64,000 bases of DNA from Camelus ferus. Its lineage: Eukaryota. The DNA lies in contig NC_045698.1 of the NCBI RefSeq assembly GCF_009834535.1, positions 10,046,001 through 10,110,000 on the forward strand, written 5' to 3'. Of this stretch, positions 1-11,578 are shown piece after piece. The notes beneath the pieces are model-generated. The model was not told where the DNA came from, ran no database searches, and worked only from the letters and a program-made list of their open reading frames with translations. Every line of letters begins with the position of its first letter. Position 1 is the stretch's first letter. The translations under genes and the position numbers were made by a program.

Positions 1-919
1 CTCCCAACTCCTCTCCCTGCTCCTGGGCAGCGAACAACCCCAGGACCACGTGCAGTGGCCTGAGAAGAAGTAAATGGAACTTTCATGCCTCTCTCTCCCT
101 TTTCCTGGTCAAATCTATCTTTCCCTACATTTACCCCCATGGTTCCTATTGCTGACACTTGGTAACACTAATTTTTTTAATTTGTCACCCCCTCCTAATA
201 AATCTGAGGGCTGACAGGTAATGTCTCTTCATCCCACTGGGTCCCTGGCAGGTGCTCAACCCCTCACTAAAGGAATGAATGACTCTGGGAAAGAATGAAC
301 CCAGCCTTCCAACAGTCCCATCTCATTTTTCCCTCGCTCTAAGTGGAAAGGAGGAGTCTGATCTCACCTCCACTGAGGGAAGACCCAACCAGTACACATT
401 TTGTTCTCCAGAGCAGAATTCTAGGTTGGAAAGGGGAATTCTTGAACACGGGGACCACTGTGGCCATGAGATCTGAGTCCCTTGCTGGCGCCATTTTACT
501 TCTGCGCCCCTCCTGTTTGGATGTCATTCCAGAGCCAACTCTCTCACCAAGTAGCACCTTAGACTAGACCATCAAGAAGAGGGGCACATCCTTTCTAACC
601 CCTCAGAGCCCTCTTACAGAAAGGGAGGGGGCTGCCTTTCCGGCTCCAATGGTCACAGCCGCCTTTCTTCTTGGGGACGATACTGGAATCAGAGCAGAGC
701 CACCGAAACCACTTACCCAGGGCAGGGCCACTCCCCAGCCTGGCATTATTGACATCCTAACAGGCCACAGAGACAGCTGCCAAATGAACCCACCGCTTTG
801 ATATGAGGAGCCGCCTGTCAACAGCCAAGCCTGAGGTCAGAAACTGAAATGTCTGAGGGCCCGTCCAGCAGTCCCCATGGTGTCTGTCATTGTTATTATT
901 TGTTGTTGACATTTAATTG

Positions 920-1160
920 TGTGAGTCCATTTACATGAAAGATCCAGAATAGGTAAATCCACAGAGATGGAACACAGATTGGTGGGTACCAGAAGCTGGG
1001 GGGAGGGACTACCCAATGAATATGGGGGTTTCATTTTCCAGTGATGAAAATGTTTTAGAACTAGATAGAGGTGGTGGTTATATAACGTAAATGAACTAAT
1101 GCCACTGAACTGTCCATTTTAACATGGTTAATTTATGCTATGTCAATTTCAAAAGCAAAA
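920..1160 (+). mobile_element. L1 3' UTR fragment (L1MB-like)
   Basis: Typical L1MB end motifs (tccatttacatgaaa...aggtaaatccacagagat...gtgatgaaaatgttttagaactagatagaggtggtgg...gccactgaactgt) followed by an A-rich tail. Confidence 0.85.
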
Positions 1161-1650
1161 ACACAAACAAAAGCCAAGGGACTTCTATCAGATTTCTGGC
1201 TTCACTTGAGAAACCCGAAGATCTGAAGTGCTGGCCTCATCCCCACATGGCAACAATCAGCTGGCGCAGAGCAGCGGCTGCCGAATTGAGGGAGCGGAAC
1301 TTGCCCTCCACGTTGTCCTTCACCTGGGCTTCCTCTGAGCTGGTGACCCCTGCCCCTACCCACAAGGAAGCTACTGATGTTCCACAGAGACCAAACAGAG
1401 TCTCCACTGAGCTGCCATCTTCGGGCACATGTGAAGTGAGATCATAAGGTAAGATGTGAGAACAGAGCTGGGGGAGACAAACAGGAAGAGGCCAGGAGGC
1501 TGTGACCAGGGAAACAGACACCAGACAAGTAAGGACCTGTGCGTTCTGGTCACTCTGGCTGGAGAAGCATCTCCTCCACCCTCCCAGCCCCTGCATCCTC
1601 TTACTCTGCTTTGATTTCCTTCCCAGCTCTTATCACTACCTGGCTTACTA

Positions 1651-2121
1651 TGCATGTTAGGTTCCTAGGGCTGTCCAACCAAATAGCCACAGCTTGGGAG
1701 GCTCAAACAACAGAGGTTTATTCTTTCACATTTTTGGAGGCCAAAAGTCCTGAATCAAGGTGTCAGCAGGGCAGCACTCCCCCCAGCGTCTCTAGGGGAG
1801 AATCTTTCCTGCCTCTTCCAGCTTCTGGTGGCTCCAGGTGTTCCTTGACTTGTGGCTGCGTCCTTCCAGTCTCTGCCTCTGTCTTCACATCTCTTTCCTC
1901 CATCTGTTTCTATATCTCCCACCTTCTCCCTTCTCTTATATAGACATCAGTCATTGGATTTAGGGCTCATCCTAAATCTAGGATGATCTCATCTTGAGAT
2001 CCTTAACTTAATTACATCTGCAAAGACCCTATTTCCAAATAAGATCTCATTCACAGGTATCAGGGGTTAGAATTTGGACATAGTTTTTTTCAGTGTGGGG
2101 GGAGACACAATTCAACCCATG
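1651..2121 (-). mobile_element. MaLR solo LTR (MLT1A/B/C-like)
   Basis: Antisense MLT1 motifs: caaggtgtcagcagggc, cctgcctcttccagcttctggtggc, taattacatctgcaaagaccctatttccaaataag, acacaattcaaccca. Confidence 0.85.
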
Positions 2122-2129
2122 AGACTATG

Positions 2130-2276
2130 TATTTTTCTGTTTACTCTGTGACTCATGTTGTGTAAGTGTCATGAGAGTAGGGACTCTGCCCATTTGTTTC
2201 CATGTTGGATCCCCATAGCCTAGAACAATTCCTGGCACATGGCTACTCAGGAAGTGCTCATAGAATGAAGGAATGA
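2130..2276 (+). mobile_element. L2 3' end fragment
   Basis: ccccatagcctagaacaattcctggcacat...gaatgaaggaatga resembles the L2 3' terminus. Confidence 0.65.
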
Positions 2277-2670
2277 GGCAGCTTGTGCGTGGGATGATGT
2301 TGGCTCAAGTCAAGTCAGCCAATAACCGGTCCAATCGGAAGATACTACAATAGCAATCCAGTGATGAATGTCAGCTACAAATATCAGGTAGACCCCAGGC
2401 ATGAAGTTTGCTCACCATCCATGAGGCATCGGGGAAAATGAGGAGGTCTCCAGCCAGTCTAAGAGGTTTGTCATTGAAACCCCAAGCACATGCTGATGCA
2501 AATTCCTGACACACCAGCTCAGGGACACAGAACCCTGGTCTGCAGGGGCGGCTGGACAAAGAAGATTTGGGAAGAGTGAAGACTGCCTTCCACCCCCACT
2601 GGGGTGTTCTCAGTAATTCCCACACAAGGGTTTCACTCACTGGGGCGAGTGATACTCAATGTGTGGGCAC

Positions 2671-2805
2671 CAACCACCTGCTCCAGAACCACCTGGGGGA
2701 TTTGAGTTAAAACCACACATTCTTGGGTCTCACCTCAGACCTTCCCCATCATATTCCTGGGAGGGATCTTAGGTGATTGCTGGGAACACTAAAGTCAGAG
2801 AACTA
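2671..2805. mobile_element. hAT-Charlie MITE (MER5-like), degraded
   Basis: cagaaccacctgggg...cattcttgggtctcacctcagacc...aggtgattg...taaagtcagagaacta. Confidence 0.55.
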
Positions 2806-3356
2806 ACGAACCTCTGTCTCTTGGGACAGTAACCACTGGGATGTTTCCCCTCCTCAATTGTCAACATCTCACTTGATTGCTATTTGCTGGGGCCACTGTC
2901 CTCGCAATAGGCAGTTGCCCCGGAATTGGTTGGCCTGCTCCAATTCCTTACCTTTGTATTTTCTTTTTCATCCTGTTATCAGAGTTGAAACATAACAGAG
3001 ACGGCTCTGTTTCTATCCCCTAAACCCTTGAATGGTTTCTCCAGCATCTAGAGAGTAGACACTGCCGGTCGCCTGCCCAACAGCCATTTTTCTCCCTTAC
3101 TTTGTTCTAATAGAACCCAAAAGAACTCTGATTTTATTCAGGCATTGAGGGGAAAATGTGCTCATGAGAAGTGAGCCCCACCCCACCACAGGGACTAACT
3201 GTGATGGGTCCTCCATTAGTCATCATAATAACATCACCATTTGCCAGGAACTGATTCAGAGAGAGGCAGGTGACCGAGTTCTGTCCAGTAACACATGATG
3301 GGCATCTACTGGGAGCTTCTGGGAAAGATTCTTGACCCTGATAAATAGAGACCAGA

Positions 3357-3516
3357 CACAGGGATCTATATTCAGTATCTTGTAATAACCTTTAATGAAA
3401 AAGAATATGAAGACAAGTACATGTATGTATATGCATGACTGGGACGTTGTGCTGCACACCAGAAATTGACACATTGTAACTGACTACACTTCAAGTAAAA
3501 AAAGAGAGAGAGACAG
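3357..3516 (+). mobile_element. Young 5'-truncated L1 3' end
   Basis: cacagggatctatattcagtatcttgtaataacc...gaaattgacacattgtaactgactacacttcaag, then an A/AG tail. TSD agagaccaga at 3347-3356 and 3517-3526. Confidence 0.9.
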
Positions 3517-3552
3517 AGAGACCAGAAAGGGGAATTTTCCTATTTCCCCCTT

Positions 3553-4490
3553 TGTAGCAGGTGCCTCTGGTTCCCTGTGGCACATCCCTTGGCCCGCCCT
3601 GTGATGGGTGTTCTTAGTTACAGCTGTTTGATCTTCTGACCTTCAAACCATTGGTGAGGGAGGGATTCCTGCCCTAGGGTCACAGGGGCGGCTGAACACC
3701 CAATACCCAACACTGGACAGATGAGATCAACAGCAGTTTATAGTCACATTTACTCACGCCTGGGGAAAGGGAGAGAATACAGCATGCCACGCAGGCTGCA
3801 CTCAGGAATAGAGGCAGGGTTTGTAGCACCAAAAGGGTGGGTGCCCCTTGGTTCCCCCGGGAGACTAGGATAGGCTTGTTGGAATAACTCCGTGGTCTGG
3901 CAGGAAACTCAAGCCTTTACTCAGGGATAAGCAGCCACAGGGCCTGGTCCTGGGATAAGGAGGGTGGTTTGGCTAGTGGACCTGATCTGTGGGAACAGGG
4001 TGGGGAGAAGAACCAGCTCTCCCAGCTTCAGATATCAAAGCAGCACGTACTACTGAACCTTAATTTCAGGCCTAGCACCACAATGGTGGGCGTTCTTAAA
4101 TGCTCATCCTCACCCTGAGCTGACAGCCCACACAATGAGCTTCTTTACATCTTGGCGTTTGAGTCTCCTCTGCGGCTCCTGCCCCCGCACACACCTGCAT
4201 TCACAGACCTCCCAGCCACTGGGGAACAGAGCCGTGGATGAAGATTCCAGCAGCCTTGTCTTCCAGGTAGGCAGTCCTGGCCACACTCTGTGTATTTCCC
4301 AGGAGGTCCCAGCAGACCTGAGCCCCATGGAGCTCACAGCAGGCAGCTCACAGCAGGCAGCTCAGTGGCACGACCTCGTGTTGGTTTTTCCTCCTTGCCA
4401 GTCTCATGTCCCCTGTCCCTCTCACTCCTGCTGCATGGACCTGCTCCCAAATAAATGCTGTCAGGCTCTACTTTTCAGGGAGCCCAAAAT
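3553..4490 (+). mobile_element. ERVL solo LTR (LTR16-like), interrupted
   Basis: Starts tgtagcaggtgcctctgg. The 3' part has ggaggtcccagcag...ctcccaaataaa...caggctctacttttcagggagcccaaa, typical of LTR16. Confidence 0.65.
3625..4080 (-). mobile_element. ERV1 solo LTR (MER31/MER67-like)
   Basis: The reverse strand begins tggtgctaggcctgaaattaaggttcagtagtacgtgctgctttgatatctg and ends ...ctgctgttgatctcatctgtccagtgttggg...agatcaaaca. Family assigned from recall. Confidence 0.65.
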
Positions 4491-5639
4491 AATGCCACTT
4501 CTCTGTACCCAGAGACAGTTTTATGGAGAAATATCTCATACTTTGAAAGGACAAAGCTGAGGAGGTAAGCCAACATGCTCAGGATGGCGAAGTAGAAATC
4601 TGAGAGAAGTTAGGGGCCCCTGGTGACATCTCTGAGGTGCTGACCCCAACCACCTCCTCCTCTCCATTTGAGCCAGCTTCATTGGAGCATCCTAAGTCAT
4701 GCCCAAGATGTTTCAGAACATCTGTGTCAGTAACAGGCAAAAGAAGCACTTTAATTTTAGACCAGCGAGGCCAGGAGTCTCATATGTAAGATCAGCTGGC
4801 AGTGTCAGCTGTCACAGAACCATCTCTCAGGAATCCTACGGAAGGAGGGCACAGGAGTCCAATAGTGCCATCTGCCAAAGCCCGTCCCCAAGTCCCAGTA
4901 TGTGGCGAGAGTAACTACTCACCATAACTGTGGTCATTCTCATTTGGCCTCGTTGTCTTCAGCTATCCCCTGAATTTCATTAGCATGAGTCTAGCCACCT
5001 AACTGTGGAGGAAATCCTTTGTCAGAGTTGCACAAGCACAATTACAGCCACTAACAACGGAATTTCTCTGGATTCAGCCACATTCAAGCATCTCAGCTGC
5101 GTGTCAGCTACTGCCATGCAACTGGCATGTGGGTTTTGTCTGGACTCTGTAAAACATTAAATAAGACGGAGGCTCTGAAAACACAGTTCCCTGGTGCTCT
5201 CTCTGCTCAGCAATAATGTCAGTGATTAGAGATCTATTTTTACTCTTTGGAAGATACTAATTAGCATTTAGCGGATTTACCCCAATTAGGCAAATAGTTG
5301 TTTAGTGAGAAATCTTCACAAGTTAGACGGTTCACATTACCCTCCCAGAGGAATTAAACAGATCCCCCATAGAGCCTGGTGGGGGAGTCAGGACGGGTGT
5401 CTCCTATGTATTTAGAGTGATTTACCAGCATGAACAGTTAGCATATGTTGTCAGAGTTTAGCTTGTTCTTTCTTGAGCTTCTAACGACACCTGCGAAGGT
5501 TCTAGGCACTCCTTAGCACTTGCTGAATTGTCTTGATTGCTGTTCTGTAATATTTACTGAGCACCTACCCTGAGCTAAACCAGGGGTACAATGACCAATG
5601 AGGCTGCCCTGTCTTCCAGCCTTTAGCCTCAGAGCTGTC

Positions 5640-5975
5640 TGACCCGCAGCAAGACATGGCCCCTCTATGTCTTGGTTTCCTCATCTGAAAAATGGGGACA
5701 GTAACATCCAGCTTCAAGGCCTTCAGCCTGTGCCGGCACACAGAACCCCGCCCTGAGAGGAGCCCTGAGCTGGCTTTCATGCTCTGCTCTTCGCATCTTG
5801 AAATTCTTAACACTTTTTAAACAAGAGAGCCCACGTCTTTATTTTTGGCTGGGCCCCACAAATTGTTCAGCCCATCTTGGGGACCAGAAAATATACCCTG
5901 CTGAGATTTATAAGGATTAAACAAGGGAATGCTTTTAAAGTACGTAACACAAAGCTTCACATAGGAGACGTTGTC
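5640..5975 (+). mobile_element. MIR split by a MER91A-like insertion
   Basis: MIR core gtttcctcatctgaaaaatggggacagtaaca at about 5675-5705. The remainder (aggattaaac...aaagtacgtaacaca) is at about 5900-5975. Confidence 0.65.
5706..5880 (+). mobile_element. hAT-Tip100 MITE (MER91A-like)
   Basis: atgctctgctcttcgcatcttgaaattcttaacactttttaaacaag...tttatttttggctgggccccacaaatt matches my recall of MER91A. Confidence 0.7.
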
Positions 5976-6431
5976 AAACATGCTATAACCACCCCAACTA
6001 GGTAGTTAAATCCAAAACAAATGTGTTTTCTGAAGGCCTCCCACCCACCTAATCGAAGAACAGTTAGTTAAATGCTGCTTAACTTTCTTTAAAAAAAAAT
6101 GCTGTGAGTACATTTCTGACCTCAACTTTGAATCTTAATTTTCAAATAATTAATATGGTCTGTTTTATTCCGTCCAATCACTTTTGTCAAATGACCCTCC
6201 TCTCCACAGCGCCCGTTGACTTGAGCTCTGTGTACCAATAAAGTCCTGTGACCACACCGATCAAGTTACCAAATACTTCATTGGTTCTTTCAATTCACTC
6301 ACTCTTTTTCCTTGAATTGACCAAGTAATTTTCCCAAAATGCTGAGAGAGGTAAACCACACACAGGGGACAGTAACAGGTTAGAAGGGAAGACATTTTTT
6401 TTCTTACCTCCACAAACTGATCACCTTTGAT

Positions 6432-6695
6432 GTATGTCCGCAATCCCTTATCCACAATACTGAAATCTACAAAGCCCTAAAAAATTGCAAATAAATTTGT
6501 GGCAAATGGATTTGATTGCAAAACCAAACCTGGTACTCATGTGGGGCTATCTGTGCTCTGCTTATAATGGTGCTGAAGGCATGACATAACATATCCCATA
6601 TAAGCTGAATTATCTTTCTAAACTCAAAAGAAAAAAATTTAAACTCTGAAACACATCAGACCCCATGTTTTTGGATAAGAGATCATGGGCCTACA
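6432..6695 (-). mobile_element. Tigger-family MITE (MER46C-like)
   Basis: Terminal inverted repeats gtccgcaatcccttatcca ... tggataagagatcatgggcc, with internal ctgaaacacatc. Confidence 0.7.
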
Positions 6696-6754
6696 TCCGG
6701 TTTACACCATCCTTTCACGGCTCAATCCCAAACCAACAACAACACATTAAGGAC

Positions 6755-7272
6755 AGGCACTGGAACTCAAAGAGGTATTTGTACCACAAAACGCTGTGGC
6801 ATTATTCACAATAGCCAAAAAGGTAGAAGCAACTCGGGTGTCCATTGACGGATGAAGGAAAAACAAATGTGGTCTATACATACAATGGAATATTATTCAG
6901 CCTTTGAAAAAAAAAAGGGAACTCTGACACATACTATAACATAGAGAAACCTTAAGGACATTACGCTAAATGAAATAAGCAGAGTCACACTGGACAGACA
7001 GTAAAAGATGCCACTTATTTGTGGTACCTGTAATAGCCAAATTCATGGAAATAGAAGTCGAATTGTGGTTGCCCGGGTGTAGGGGAAGGGGGGTGTTTAA
7101 TGGGAACAGGGTTTCAGTTTTGGAAGATGAAAAAGTTTGGGAGCTGGTTGGCAGGTGGTGATAGCTGGTTGCACAACATCGTGAACGCACTTAATGCCAC
7201 TGAACTGCAAACTTAAACGTGGTTTAAATGGTAAATTCAATGTTATGTGTATTTTTACCACAGTAAAGAAAA
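6755..7272 (+). mobile_element. L1MB-like ORF2 end and 3' UTR
   Basis: attattcacaatagccaaaaaggtagaagcaac...tgtccattgacggatgaa...tacaatggaatattattcagcc...ttatgtgtatttttaccacagtaaa. Confidence 0.9.
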
Positions 7273-7646
7273 GAGTCCGATCCTGGAAGAGCCATCTTGG
7301 TGCATGGGTGCTAAACCCCCTCTCCACCTGCTCTACCTCCCAGTATTCCTGGCCACCTTGGAGCTAACCATCACCCTCCACCACCACCTTCATGGAAGCC
7401 CTCCAGCCAGAGACTTCAGCTGACTCTCACCTAACTCAGCTTTCATCGGGCTTCACTTCCTAGTCTCAGACTGGTGAACTGGCAACAGACCCACTTCTAG
7501 CAGGGCATCAAAGCATGCACATGTGTCGTGGCCTCACCAGCATCCAGGACCCAGGACAGCCTGGAGACCACCTCCCTCACACTGTAGGACTGTGCTAGCA
7601 TGCAGGAACGAGGAACTGGAGCCTCATCCAGTTGATCTGAACCCCT

Positions 7647-8171
7647 TGTGTATTCGTTTCCTGTCACTGCTGTAACAAATTACCATCAGTTTAGCGCCTT
7701 AGAACAATACAAATATATCATCATAGAATTCTGGCAGTCAGAAGTCTGAAATCAGTTTCACTGGAATAAAATCACTGTGTTGGCAGGGCTGCAATCTTTC
7801 TGGAGGCTCTGGACAAGAATTGCTTTCCTCGCCTCTTCCAGCTTCTTGTATTCCTTGGCTTAAACATTCCTTGTATTCCTTGGCTTAGGGCCCCTTCCCC
7901 CATCTTCAGACACACCAACCTCTGTCCATCATCACGTGGCCTTCTCTCTACAGTCTGACTCCCTCTGCGTCCATCCTCTTGGAGGGACTCTTGTCCTTGT
8001 GAGTACGTCAAGCCCATCCAGATAATCCAGAGTAATCTTCCCATCACAAGATGCTTAATCACATCCACAAAACCTCCTTTGCCATGTAAATTAATAGTTC
8101 CACAGGTTCCAGGGATTTCACAGGTTCCATGGACATCTTGGGGGAGGAAGGCATTTGTTCAGCCTACCACA
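7647..8171 (-). mobile_element. MaLR solo LTR (MLT1D-like)
   Basis: tgtgtattcgtttcctgtcactgctgtaacaaattacca...cagataatccagagtaatcttcccatc...cagcctaccaca, with TG...CA ends. Confidence 0.85.
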
Positions 8172-9273
8172 CCCCCAAGAAGCTGGCTAAGGCTCACACA
8201 CAAAATTTGAGAGCTGGAACAAGGGGACAAAACACCTCTGGCTCTTAGTTGCAGATCTGGAAAGTGAGTTCAGATCCACGTCTGAGAGAGGGACAAAGAT
8301 TCAAGTCTGAGACTGGCCCAGTGCATCATCAAAGTGAGGAGGGCTATGGGTGGCCTTCAGGGCCTGTAGGATGTAAAGACAAGGGACAGTCTTCTGTTTT
8401 GGGCAATATGGCAAACAACCGAACCCAATATCCTCCCGCTACCTAGCACCAAGGAGTGATGAACAAAATATGACCAATAACTTTTCAATTTCGTACCCAA
8501 ATTCCTAAGCCAGTAAGGGATAAACTCGAGGCCAAAAAGAAAAATGAAATGAAAATCAACATAGTAAACAAGAACTTATGCTGGGGTAACTCTGTGGGGG
8601 TGAGAGAGGGAGCAAGTTTTGGTAACTAAGGAATTTATGTTCTAATGGCTACACATAGACAGGAGAGGAAGCCTTGGGTCTGTCCCAGATGGAGAGTTGA
8701 AACTGAGGTCTCTAGGGTGATCCAAGAAAAAAATTTGCCTATTGGCCTAGGGAGATGACAAGGAAACTCACTGTCTTGGCCAGGACTAGGGAAGGGGTCA
8801 TGATGAAGATCTGGCATTTACTTTGAGTGAGATTGGGAGCTATTGAAGGGTTTGGAGTAGAAGAAAGACAAGGTGTTAACAACAGCAACAGCAAATACAC
8901 ACTCACCTTAGACCAGAAAAAACAAATGGAAGCAGGGAGCCCAGGAGGAAGACTACACAGTAATCTAGGGAAGAGATGTTAGTGCCTCGGGCCAGAGAGG
9001 TAGCCGGAGAAGTGGGGAGAAGTGGTTGAAATCTGGATACGTACAAAGATGGAGCCAATGACACTCGCTGATGATTAGATCCAGAATAGGAGAGGCAATG
9101 TGACATCAAAGATGATTCCAATACCTTCAGTAATTTTGAGATTTGAGACAAATTTTTAAGTTTGAGATGACTGTTAGGCATCCTGATGGAGATACTGAGC
9201 AGGCAATAGGACACATAAGTAGGAGCAGAGGGACAATGTCAAGGCTGGAAATTAAATTTGGCAGATATCAAGG

Positions 9274-9756
9274 CAGGCACACCTTGCAGATACTGAAGGC
9301 TCAGTTCCAGACCACCACAATAAAGTCAAAGTTGCAATAAAGCGAATCACACACATTTTTTGGTTTCCCAGTGCATACAAAAATTACATTGACACTATAC
9401 TGTAATATATTAAGTGTGTAATAGCATTATCTCTAAAAAACAATGTATGTATATTAATTTTAAATATTTTATTGCTAGAAAATACTGACCATCATCTGAG
9501 CCTTCAGCAAGTTGTAATCTTTTTTTCAGTGGTCACATCCAAGATCACTAATCATAGATCACCATAATAAATATAATAATAATGAAAAAGTTTGAAGTAT
9601 TTCAAGAAGTACCAAAATGTGACACAGAGACAAGAAGGGAGTAAATGCTATCGGAAAAATGGCACCAGTAGACTTGCTCAATGCAAGGTTGCCACAAAAC
9701 TTCAGTTTATAAAGAACACAAGTGTCTGTGACATGCAATACAATGAGGCATGCCCG
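9274..9756 (-). mobile_element. Internally deleted Tigger1 derivative (Tigger1a-like)
   Basis: Terminal inverted repeats caggcacacct...gaggcatgcccg followed by TA. Both Tigger1 ends are present (gttccagaccaccacaataaag; gacttgctcaatgcaaggttgccacaaaacttca), joined in about 480 bp. Confidence 0.9.
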
Positions 9757-10133
9757 TATATAAATGGGACTGAAAGCCGTGGAACTAGCCGAGATCACCA
9801 AAGGAGTGGGATAAGAAAGAGGTCCAGGCACCACACTCCAACATTAAGAGTTCGGAGAGGAGGAGGGAACCAGTAGAGGAGACAGAGAAGAAACTTCCAG
9901 AGAGAAAGAAGGAAAATCTGGAGAATGCATGTGCTGCAGGCCTGGTGAAGGATTGTTTTGAGAAGAGTGATCAGCAGGCCAAGTGATGCTGATAGTGTAA
10001 AACAGATGACAACTGAGCATCACCCATGAGATCTGGCAGTGAGGAGATCACTGGTAATCTCGACAAGAGCAGCTTTGGTGGACTGGTGGGAATGAGAGCC
10101 TGTTGGAAAGGGCTTAAACCCAATGAATGGAAG

Positions 10134-10580
10134 GAAACAACACAAGTGTCCATCAACAGATGAACAGATAAACAAACTGTGGTACATCTACACAATGGAA
10201 TGCTATTCCACCATAAAAAGGAATGAAATACGGATACACGTGACAGCATAGATGAATCTTGAAAACATCATGGAGACTGTAAGAAACCAGTCACGAAGGG
10301 CCACATATTGTATAATTACATTTATTTAAAATATCCAATATAGGCAATCCGCAGAGAAAGAAAGCCCCTGGTTGCCAGGGACTAGGGGAACCCGGAGGCA
10401 GTGGGGAATGGGGAATGACTCCTTAATAGGTACAAGATTTCCAGGTGGAGTTATGAGAAAGTTCTGGAACTAGACTGGTAATAGTTGCACAACATTGTGA
10501 ATATACTTAGCGCCACTGAATTATACACTTTAAAATGGTTACGATGGTGCATTTATGTAGATTTTACCTCAATAAAAAAA
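10134..10580 (+). mobile_element. L1MB-like 3' end
   Basis: aagtgtccatcaacagatgaacagataaacaaactgtggtacat...attttacctcaataaaaaaa. Confidence 0.9.
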
Positions 10581-11173
10581 TGAGGAGAATGGGAGGAGAG
10601 AGATGGAAGACAGCAAAAATGGAAATTGTACTGTAAAAAACAGAAAAATAGAGTGGGAGCTCTAAGCAAGTTCAAGAAAACTGGGCAGACTCATGAGAAT
10701 GAACAAGTAAAGACAAAATTGATGATTCAGGAGCGAGAAGAAGGAATTGTTGGAGAATGACCTTGAGCAGAGGAGAAAGGCAAGATCTAGCACATGAGGC
10801 AGGGGTTGGCCTTTGCCAGGAGCCTGGGCATTTTGTCCACAGGAGGAGGTGGGAGGGACAGCATGTGAACACAGATGCAGCCTGTAGGTGGATAGACACG
10901 GTGGTGAGGACCTACGGAAATCTTTCTCTGAGACACAGGGAGCAAGGTCTTCTGCGGAGACTGAGGATGGGGAGCAGATGTGAAGTAGTCATCTAGGAGC
11001 AGGAGAGTGACTGAAGCAGAGAAACACAGAGCAAGTGCTGCACTTCACTGAGAGCTGCTGATCATTCATTTCCAGTGAGACGCGGTGGGCATCTTGCTCC
11101 CGCCGCTGGCAGCTATGTGGGGGCGAGCTCAGAACAGGCAGCAAGTGGGTTTAACCAGGATTGTTTAGCCAAT

Positions 11174-11578
11174 TATGATGGTGAGTTTTATGTGTCAACT
11201 TGGCTGGGCCCCAGTGCCCAGATATTTGGTCCAACATTATTCTGGATATTTCTGTGAGAATGTTTTTAGGGAGATTTGATGAGATTTACATTTAAATCGG
11301 TGGAAGTCAGTAAAGCAGATTGTCCTCCCCAATGTGGGTGAGCCTCGTCTAATCAGTTGAAGGCCTTAATAGAACAAAGTTTGACCTCCCCTAAGCAAGC
11401 AGAAATTCTGCCAACAGGCTGTCTTTGGACTTGAACTGAAACACCAGCTAGACCACCCTGCAGATTTTGAACTTGCCAGTCTCCATAGTCATGTGAGCCA
11501 ATTTCTTAAAATAAACTTCTTTTCATATAAACACACATCTTGTTGGTTCTGTTTCTCTGGAGAACCCTGGCTAATACG
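11174..11578 (+). mobile_element. ERVL solo LTR (MLT2C/D-like)
   Basis: tgatggtgagttttatgtgtcaacttggctggg...gtaaagcagattgtcctccccaatgtgggtg...ggttctgtttctctggagaaccctggctaatac. Confidence 0.9.

Larger units (their letters stand above)
3055..4720 (+). mobile_element. Old MaLR LTR (MLT1J/K-like), split by nested insertions
   Basis: The 5' part (gtagacactgccggtcgcctgcccaacagccatt...ggtgaccgagttctgtcca...gcttctgggaaag) lies at about 3055-3350. LTR-like sequence resumes at about 4490-4720. Confidence 0.55.

Noticed and set aside
489..497. YY1 motif CGCCATTTT as a promoter
   Set aside because: An isolated motif with no CpG island or other promoter evidence.
4331..4364. 14-bp tandem repeat agctcacagcaggc
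   Set aside because: About 2.4 copies inside an LTR; routine slippage.
4861..4880. CTCF site (reverse strand ttggcagatggcacta)
   Set aside because: It matches only the 3' half of the motif; the conserved 5' CC positions are absent.
7845..8130. Short internal duplications in MLT1D (18 bp at 7845 and 7870; cacaggttcca twice near 8101-8129)
   Set aside because: Ordinary slippage duplications inside a neutral repeat.
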